In this document: positions 58,571 through 64,000 of the stretch, piece by piece
Layout of the letters: every line of letters begins with the position of its first letter
Numbering within the stretch: the stretch's first letter is position 1
Source of the DNA: an uncultured Gammaproteobacteria bacterium
GTDB lineage: Bacteria; Patescibacteriota; Patescibacteriia; Patescibacteriales; GWE2-39-37
Length of the DNA stretch: 64,000 nucleotides
Reading direction: 5' to 3'
Assembly (NCBI GenBank): GCA_964443495.1
Contig: CAYUCS010000001.1
Location: 616,468-680,467 of the forward strand
Program-made: the position numbers and the translations under genes
The notes under the pieces: model-generated
What the model was told of the DNA's origin: nothing
Seen by the model: the letters and a program-made list of their open reading frames with translations, nothing else
Databases searched by the model: none

Positions 58571-60352
58571 TTATCTTTTCAAAATCTTGACGAAGGTGTC
58601 GCTGGGAATATCGACGCTGCCGCGGCCCATGGCCATCATCTTCTTCTTACCTTTCTTCTGTTTTTCCAAAAGCTTCCTCTTGCGCGAGACGTCGCCGCCG
58701 TACAGCTTGGCGGTCACATCCTTGCGCAGCGCGGAAATGCGTTCGGCCGCGATAACTTTGCCTCCGAGCGCCGCCTGCAGCTTGATGACGAACATCTGCT
58801 GGGGCAGAGTCTCTTTCAAGACCTCCACCACTTCCTTGCCCCGGCGGAAAGCCTCGTCGCGATAGACGATCGTCGATAACGACTCGACGATTTCCTCGGC
58901 GACCAAGATATCTAATTTTACCACGTCAGCCGGACGGTAATCCAAAAATTCGTAATTGATCGAAGCATAGCCGGAGCTGATGCTTTTTATTTTATCATAA
59001 AAATCGGTCAGGATGGCACTCATCGGCAGTTCGTAATGCAGCACCGCACGCTCCTGGTCCAGATATTCTGTATTAACATAAACGCCGCGCTTTTCCTGGG
59101 CGAAACTCATGATCGAGCCCAGATAATCTTTTGGCGTGACAACATCGAGCTTGACCCATGGTTCCTCAAGCTCCTTGATTTCGCTTTGCTGCGGCAGGAG
59201 CTGCGGACTCGACACGACAAGAGTCTCGCCATTGGTTTTTTCGACGTGGTACGAAACGCTCGGTACGGTGACGATCAGATCCAGGTTGTGTTCGCGGCGC
59301 AAGCGCTCTTGGAATATCTCCAAGTGAAGCAGCCCGAGAAAGCCGCAACGAAAACCGAAGCCCAAGGCCTGGGAGTGTTCCGGCTCGTAAATTAAAGCGG
59401 CGTCGTTTAATTTCAGTTTGGAAATGGCCTCGCGCAACAGTTGGAATTCGTCACCTTCCTTAGGAAAAATGCCGGCAAAGACCATCGGCTTGGCTTCCTT
59501 GTAGCCAGTGAGGGGTTGGACATTTGCCGCGTCCTTCGACAGGACGACCGTGTCACCAACTCGGCAATCTGCGACTTCCTTAAAGCCAGTGACGACATAG
59601 CCGATCTGGCCGCAAGCCAGTTCTTTGGTCGAGATATAATCCGGCTTGAAGATACCGACATCGATCGCTTCGCTTTTGGCGCGCGTCGCCACCAATGTTA
59701 TCTTCTCGCCGTTGCGAACCGCCCCGTCGATGATGCGGACATAAGCGACAACGCCGCGGTATTCGTCATAGTTGGAATCGAAAATCAAAGCCCGGAGCGA
59801 AGACTCGGGTTGGCCGGCCGGCGACGGGATGCGCGCGATGACGGCCTCGAGTAGCTCGGTCACACCCTCGCCGGTCTTACCGGAAACGGCCAAAATCTCC
59901 TCCTCGGAACAGCCGAGCAGCTTCATGATTTCACGCTTGGTTTTGGGCACGTCAGCGGCCGGCAGATCGATCTTATTGACCACCGGAATGATTACCAGAT
60001 CCTGCTCCATGGCCAGATACAGGTTAGCCAAAGTCTGTGCCTGGATACCCTGGGTGGCGTCGACGAGCAGGACTGCCCCCTCGACCGCCGCCAAGCTTCT
60101 TGAGACCTCATAGCTGAAATCGACGTGACCCGGAGTATCAATCAGATTGAGACGATGCCCCTCAAACTCCATGGTCACCGGCGCCAATTTTATGGTAATG
60201 CCACGCTCGCGCTCCAGATCCATCTTGTCAAGGACCTGTTCTTTCATCTTGCGCTTCTCCACTGTTCCGGTCAGCTCAAGCATACGGTCAGCCAAGGTAG
60301 ATTTGCCATGATCGATATGGGCAATAATGCAAAAATTTCTGATTTTATCCAT
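58571..60352 (-). CDS. lepA: translation elongation factor 4
   Basis: 593 aa. IIAHIDHGKSTLADR, DTPGHVDF, NKIDL and the LepA C-terminal domain. Confidence 0.95.
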   Translation of the reverse strand: MDKIRNFCIIAHIDHGKSTLADRMLELTGTVEKRKMKEQVLDKMDLERERGITIKLAPVTMEFEGHRLNLIDTPGHVDFSYEVSRSLAAVEGAVLLVDATQGIQAQTLANLYLAMEQDLVIIPVVNKIDLPAADVPKTKREIMKLLGCSEEEILAVSGKTGEGVTELLEAVIARIPSPAGQPESSLRALIFDSNYDEYRGVVAYVRIIDGAVRNGEKITLVATRAKSEAIDVGIFKPDYISTKELACGQIGYVVTGFKEVADCRVGDTVVLSKDAANVQPLTGYKEAKPMVFAGIFPKEGDEFQLLREAISKLKLNDAALIYEPEHSQALGFGFRCGFLGLLHLEIFQERLRREHNLDLIVTVPSVSYHVEKTNGETLVVSSPQLLPQQSEIKELEEPWVKLDVVTPKDYLGSIMSFAQEKRGVYVNTEYLDQERAVLHYELPMSAILTDFYDKIKSISSGYASINYEFLDYRPADVVKLDILVAEEIVESLSTIVYRDEAFRRGKEVVEVLKETLPQQMFVIKLQAALGGKVIAAERISALRKDVTAKLYGGDVSRKRKLLEKQKKGKKKMMAMGRGSVDIPSDTFVKILKR

Positions 60353-60411
60353 TTTTTTGTCTGAAATAAATAAGAGGAGCGAGTTAGGGCCCCTGATATT
60401 TGAGTGACTAT

Positions 60412-60440
60412 ATCTTACAAGTTTTATGCCGATAGGTCAA
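60412..60440 (-). promoter_or_regulatory. sigma-70-type promoter of lepA
   Basis: Minus strand reads TTGACC-N17-TAAGAT. Confidence 0.5.
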
Positions 60441-60448
60441 ATGGCAGA

Positions 60449-60847
60449 TTATGCCCCGATCTTATCCTTGAACGAATTATTTTCGAAATATCCATCGACT
60501 ATTCCATGGGCCCGTTTCTGGATAGCCGACTTGTCCGCCTCATCGAAACCGGACAACATCTCGCCCAATTCTATGTCCAAAATCGATTTGGTCAGCGGCA
60601 CCAGCTTGGTATCCGGCCTGATTTCCAAAGCGAAGCCGGTCGGCTTATGCTCATACAGATTCTCGCTGATTTTCTTCCAGTTATCCAAGAGACCGACCGC
60701 CTCCTTGACGCAGCTGCCCGGTTGCAAGGTCCGATTACGCTCAGCCAGATAGATGTAAACCGAGTGCATATGGAACGCCAATTCATTGGCGAAACGGATA
60801 GCACGCTTCTTGTTTCGGATTCGATTATACCACGCGAATAAGTTCAT
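60449..60847 (-). CDS. hypothetical protein
   Basis: 132-aa ORF 1 nt downstream of the murJ stop. No recognisable motif. Confidence 0.6.
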   Translation of the reverse strand: MNLFAWYNRIRNKKRAIRFANELAFHMHSVYIYLAERNRTLQPGSCVKEAVGLLDNWKKISENLYEHKPTGFALEIRPDTKLVPLTKSILDIELGEMLSGFDEADKSAIQKRAHGIVDGYFENNSFKDKIGA

Positions 60848-60848
60848 A

Positions 60849-62471
60849 TCAGATGCCTCGAGCCTCTCCCTGGTCTTCGCTCTCGAGCTGTTTCCAAGGG
60901 AGCCTCCTTTTTAAGCCTTGCCAGAACGAGTCCAGCTCTTCGCTCTTAAGTATAGCACACCCGGCAAGGTAAACCAGCAAGCCGGCCATGCCGGCTAGGA
61001 ATCCTTGCGCGAACACGCCTGGGCCGGTCTGCATATCAATATATGGGACAAGGACTATTTTAACATATTGGGCTGCCAACATGGCGGTCAAGCCTGCGGC
61101 GACAAACTTGCCGGCAGCGACAAGCACCTTGCGTCCATCCAGTCCCCCGAGCTGCTTCGTCATGACTGTCCAGAGCATCAGATAGTTGAGAATATTTGCT
61201 ACTGAAAAGGCTAATGCGATGCCAGCCACGCCCAGCACTCGTGAGAGCCAGAGCGATAAGACGATATCGATGACAACGGAAACGATCCCGATATAGAAAG
61301 GGTGCTTGCTGTTCTGCTGGGCATAGAACATGCGCACCAGCAAAGGTATGCTGGCTTGGGCAAACAAGGAAAAGCTGAAAAAAGTCAGGGCCTCGATCGT
61401 GAAAACCGTATCTTCCCAGTTGAACTGACCCCAGCCGTACAGCACGCGGACGATCTGGGCGCGCAGGACCCAGATCAGCATGGTCGAAGGGATGATGAAG
61501 AACAGAATCTGCCGCTGGGTATTGGAAAAAGTCTCCACGAGAGCTTTGCGGTCCTTGGCCTTGGCTGAAAGCAACGGAAAAACGGCGGTGGCGAAAGAAA
61601 TGCCGAAGATGCCGATGGGAAAGGACTGGATATTGTTCGCGAGATTAAAGACGGTTAACGAACCGGCGGTGAGTGTCGTAGCGATAGCCGTGCTGACCAG
61701 CAGATCGACTTGAGCGATGGCCAGCGACATGGTGCGCGGCACCATCAAGCGCGCAAGCTTCCTAACCGAGGCATTCTTCCATTCAAAAACGAAACGATAT
61801 CTGAAGCCGAGTTCGATAGCGGTCGGCAACTGGATGGCGAAATGAAGGAAAGCGCCGATGACTACGCCCCAAGCCAAGCCATGCGTGCCCCAAATTGGCA
61901 CAAGCCAGACCGCCCCCGCTATGATGCCTAGATTGTACATGATCGGGGCAAAGGAGTATATCAGGAATCGCTTGAACGATTGGAGTACGCCGCCGATGAC
62001 ACCGGATAGGCCAAGAAAGAAAGGCGACAGGAACATGATCCGCGTCAGGCTGACGGTCTGGTCCAGCTTCTCGGGCGAAAAACCAGGAGCGAACGCTTCG
62101 GCTAAAGGCCGCGCGAACACGATGCAGATCGTCGATATGGCAACTAGCCCGAGGGCTAGGATATTGATGATATTATTGGCCAATTGCCAAGCCTCATTAT
62201 TCTTGGCGGTATCTTCGCCATCCTTGAGCAGATTCGTAAAAAGCGGGATGAACCCGGCTGACAAGGCGCCTAAAACAAGCAGGTTGAACACTAAATCTGG
62301 TACCCTGAAGGCGGCATAATAGACATCGAGCGTGTCGCCGGCACCGAACTGCCCGGCCAGGATGCGGTCGCGCACCACCCCCAAAAAGCGTGAGAACAAT
62401 GAAGAAAAAGCGACCAGGATGGCGGCCGTGGTCACGCTATTCGTCTGATGTGAGAAAATCCTTTTTAACAT
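60849..62471 (-). CDS. murJ: lipid II flippase MurJ (MviN family)
   Basis: 540 aa with about 14 TM helices. N-terminal LSRFLGVVRDRILAGQFGAGDTLDVYYAAFRVPD. Confidence 0.9.
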   Translation of the reverse strand: MLKRIFSHQTNSVTTAAILVAFSSLFSRFLGVVRDRILAGQFGAGDTLDVYYAAFRVPDLVFNLLVLGALSAGFIPLFTNLLKDGEDTAKNNEAWQLANNIINILALGLVAISTICIVFARPLAEAFAPGFSPEKLDQTVSLTRIMFLSPFFLGLSGVIGGVLQSFKRFLIYSFAPIMYNLGIIAGAVWLVPIWGTHGLAWGVVIGAFLHFAIQLPTAIELGFRYRFVFEWKNASVRKLARLMVPRTMSLAIAQVDLLVSTAIATTLTAGSLTVFNLANNIQSFPIGIFGISFATAVFPLLSAKAKDRKALVETFSNTQRQILFFIIPSTMLIWVLRAQIVRVLYGWGQFNWEDTVFTIEALTFFSFSLFAQASIPLLVRMFYAQQNSKHPFYIGIVSVVIDIVLSLWLSRVLGVAGIALAFSVANILNYLMLWTVMTKQLGGLDGRKVLVAAGKFVAAGLTAMLAAQYVKIVLVPYIDMQTGPGVFAQGFLAGMAGLLVYLAGCAILKSEELDSFWQGLKRRLPWKQLESEDQGEARGI

Positions 62472-62472
62472 C

Positions 62473-63525
62473 TTATCTGGTAACTACTGATTTCACTTTG
62501 CGGGCAATATTCAGCTCTTCGTTAGTGTTGATGGCCAATATTGGCAAGGCCGCAAGGTGGCGCAGCTTGCGCATGACCGCTTGGCGGGTGGCCGGATTGC
62601 CGGCACCGATCGCGCCGGTAAAGACGATGGCATCGACCGCGCCCTCAAGCACGGCGTAGTAAGCGCCGATATACTTCGCGATCCGATATGTGAACACATC
62701 AAAAGCGGCTTGCGCTGCCGGCTGCCCCAAGGAGACTTCGCGCAAAAGGTCCCTGAAATCGCAGATGCCGCCCGTCAGGCCCTTCCAGCCGGACTCCTCA
62801 TTGATGATGCGGTAAACTTCAGCGACCTTGTCTTCATTGACTTCGCCTGGCAAAAGATACATCAGCTCGATTATCAGCCCCGGGTCGATGTCGCCGGTGC
62901 GCGTCTGCATCATCAAGCCTTCGGCCGGAGTGTAGCCGTTCGAGATATCGACCGGCCTTCCCTGCCTGATGGCCGCGACCGAAGAACCGCCGCCGAGATG
63001 GCAGGAAATCAAGTTGACCTTTTCCGGCTTCTTGCCCAGATGCGTCGCCGCCTCGCCCACGATAAACTCATGGCTCAAGCCATGGAAACCGTAGCGGCGT
63101 ATGTGGTATTTGCTGGCAATATCGCGCGGCAAAGCGTAGGTCCTGGCTTGGTCGGGCAAATCGCTAAAAAAGCCGGTATCGAAGACCGCGACTTGAGGAG
63201 CTTGCGGCAAAAAGTCACCCACCGCTTCGATGCCGGCCAGGTTATGCGGATTGTGCAAGGGCGCCAAATAATTGAGCTCGGCCAATTCCTCCATCACCGG
63301 ACCAGTCACCAGGGTCGGGCTGGTAAATTGCCAGCCGCCATGGACGACACGATGGCCGACGGCCGAGATCTCGCCGTGAGCGACCACTTGTCGCAAAAGC
63401 TGCTTGATGCTCGATTTGAATTCCCTTTCAGCGAACTGTCCGCCGGCCAATTCCGTTTCGTCGGGCGCAAAAAGCTTGTATTTGACTGAGGTCGAACCGG
63501 AATTGATCACTAAGATATTCGACAT
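62473..63525 (-). CDS. ackA: acetate kinase (short form)
   Basis: 350 aa. ILVINSGSTSVKYKLF, GHRVVHGG, FGFHGLSHE and C-terminal TNEE. Confidence 0.85.
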   Translation of the reverse strand: MSNILVINSGSTSVKYKLFAPDETELAGGQFAEREFKSSIKQLLRQVVAHGEISAVGHRVVHGGWQFTSPTLVTGPVMEELAELNYLAPLHNPHNLAGIEAVGDFLPQAPQVAVFDTGFFSDLPDQARTYALPRDIASKYHIRRYGFHGLSHEFIVGEAATHLGKKPEKVNLISCHLGGGSSVAAIRQGRPVDISNGYTPAEGLMMQTRTGDIDPGLIIELMYLLPGEVNEDKVAEVYRIINEESGWKGLTGGICDFRDLLREVSLGQPAAQAAFDVFTYRIAKYIGAYYAVLEGAVDAIVFTGAIGAGNPATRQAVMRKLRHLAALPILAINTNEELNIARKVKSVVTR

Positions 63526-63528
63526 AAG

Positions 63529-64000
63529 CTAAGAGATTATTTCAGCTGACATGCCCGGCTCGATGCCGGCGGCGTTGCCCTCATCGACATCGAGATGCAG
63601 ATGCCAGTCGTAGTTATCAGCGACCTTGAACATCACGTTCTCAAAAATGACTGCACGCGGTCCGCCGATCTTCGCCTTGACGAACTGGCCATGCTTGATG
63701 CCGAGTCCCTTGGCGCGTTCGGTCGAACAGTGGATATGCCGATAAGCCAAGACGACACCTTCCTTGAGTTTGACTGTGCCGTTCGGTCCGATCAAGGTAA
63801 TGCCAGGCGTATCCTTGATGTCGCCGCTTTCGCGTATCACTGGCGACAGTCCCAAAAAATAAGAATCAGTCCGCGAAATCTCGACTTGGCTATACGAACG
63901 GACAGGACCGAGCACGCGCACGCCCTTCAAGGTATTTTTCTTGGTCTGGATGTCGAGCACCGCAGCCGAAGCGAACTCGCCCGGCTGGGACAGCGGCTTG
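63529..64000 (-). CDS. pduL: phosphate acyltransferase PduL, N-terminus beyond window edge
   Basis: GVRVLGPVRSYSQVEISRTDSYFLGL...HIHCS...HLHLDVDEGNAAG. The frame stays open past the track ORF start (63960) to base 64000. Confidence 0.8.
   Translation of the reverse strand, partial: KPLSQPGEFASAAVLDIQTKKNTLKGVRVLGPVRSYSQVEISRTDSYFLGLSPVIRESGDIKDTPGITLIGPNGTVKLKEGVVLAYRHIHCSTERAKGLGIKHGQFVKAKIGGPRAVIFENVMFKVADNYDWHLHLDVDEGNAAGIEPGMSAEIIS

Noticed and set aside
58327-58590. 87-aa plus-strand ORF between recJ and lepA.
   Set aside because: It runs through the 24-bp inverted repeat and antisense to the better-looking 36-codon membrane micro-ORF. It has no coding features.
1-64000. Window-wide scan by eye for CRISPR arrays, transposase/integrase genes, prophage modules, restriction-modification, toxin-antitoxin pairs and retron/DGR reverse transcriptases.
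   Set aside because: I found no regularly spaced direct repeats. None of the ORF translations shows DDE/tyrosine-recombinase, RT (YxDD), methyltransferase or known toxin motifs. The only repeats are coding repeats and terminator or operator hairpins.

Overview
Gene-dense 64-kb chromosomal window with about 62 protein genes, one tRNA and the RNase P RNA. TGA, TAA and TAG all act as stops, so the genetic code is standard. GC content is roughly 50% by eye. I infer from gene content alone (no database search was possible) that this is a small-genome Patescibacteria/CPR-type, Parcubacteria-like bacterium. Supporting features are archaeal-type UMP kinase, PduL+AckA instead of Pta+AckA, a sigma-region-4/HARE-HTH protein, a PEGA protein, a secretin-less type IV pilus operon, many genes without Shine-Dalgarno sequences, and very heavy investment in the cell envelope. 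Blocks: (1) 1-10.8 kb: partial membrane protein, sigma-region-4 protein, murB, a Crp/Fnr regulator, then a minus-strand dcw-like operon (membrane protein-mraY-ftsW-murG-108aa-histidine phosphatase-murC). (2) 10.9-20.7 kb: type IV pilus operon pilB-pilC-three pseudopilins-pilM-pilN-pilO-small membrane protein. (3) 20.7-23.8 kb: Rrf2-controlled operon rrf2-L,D-transpeptidase-iscU-nfu-iscS. (4) rpmA, ctpA, murA plus a PEGA protein. (5) Three glycan-assembly clusters (galU + 2 GT2; 2 GT2 + rfbA/D/B/C + HIT + unknowns; NUDIX + 2 GT4 + WbaP-like). A lipoprotein nuclease, a membrane spermidine-synthase-like protein, a secreted HExxH protein, ferritin-like/SOD genes and pyrH are interspersed among them. 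(6) rnpB, ZIP transporter, M48 peptidase. (7) A strongly promoted two-gene secreted-protein operon (candidate S-layer). (8) tRNA-Val, rnhA, recJ, lepA, murJ, ackA, pduL (partial). I found no CRISPR array, transposase, integrase, phage gene or recognisable defence or toxin-antitoxin system. The most unusual items are: a 739-aa pseudopilin with a seven-fold WxDxRNGNxDIYAQK repeat (predicted propeller, candidate pilus-tip adhesin); the candidate S-layer operon, which has a low-GC repeat module; rnpB lying 17 nt from the start of a polysaccharide operon; a 24-bp perfect inverted repeat after lepA; and an L,D-transpeptidase inside the Fe-S operon whose signal peptide has no canonical start codon. 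Nothing here can be shown from sequence alone to be a new system. All novelty statements are hypotheses.
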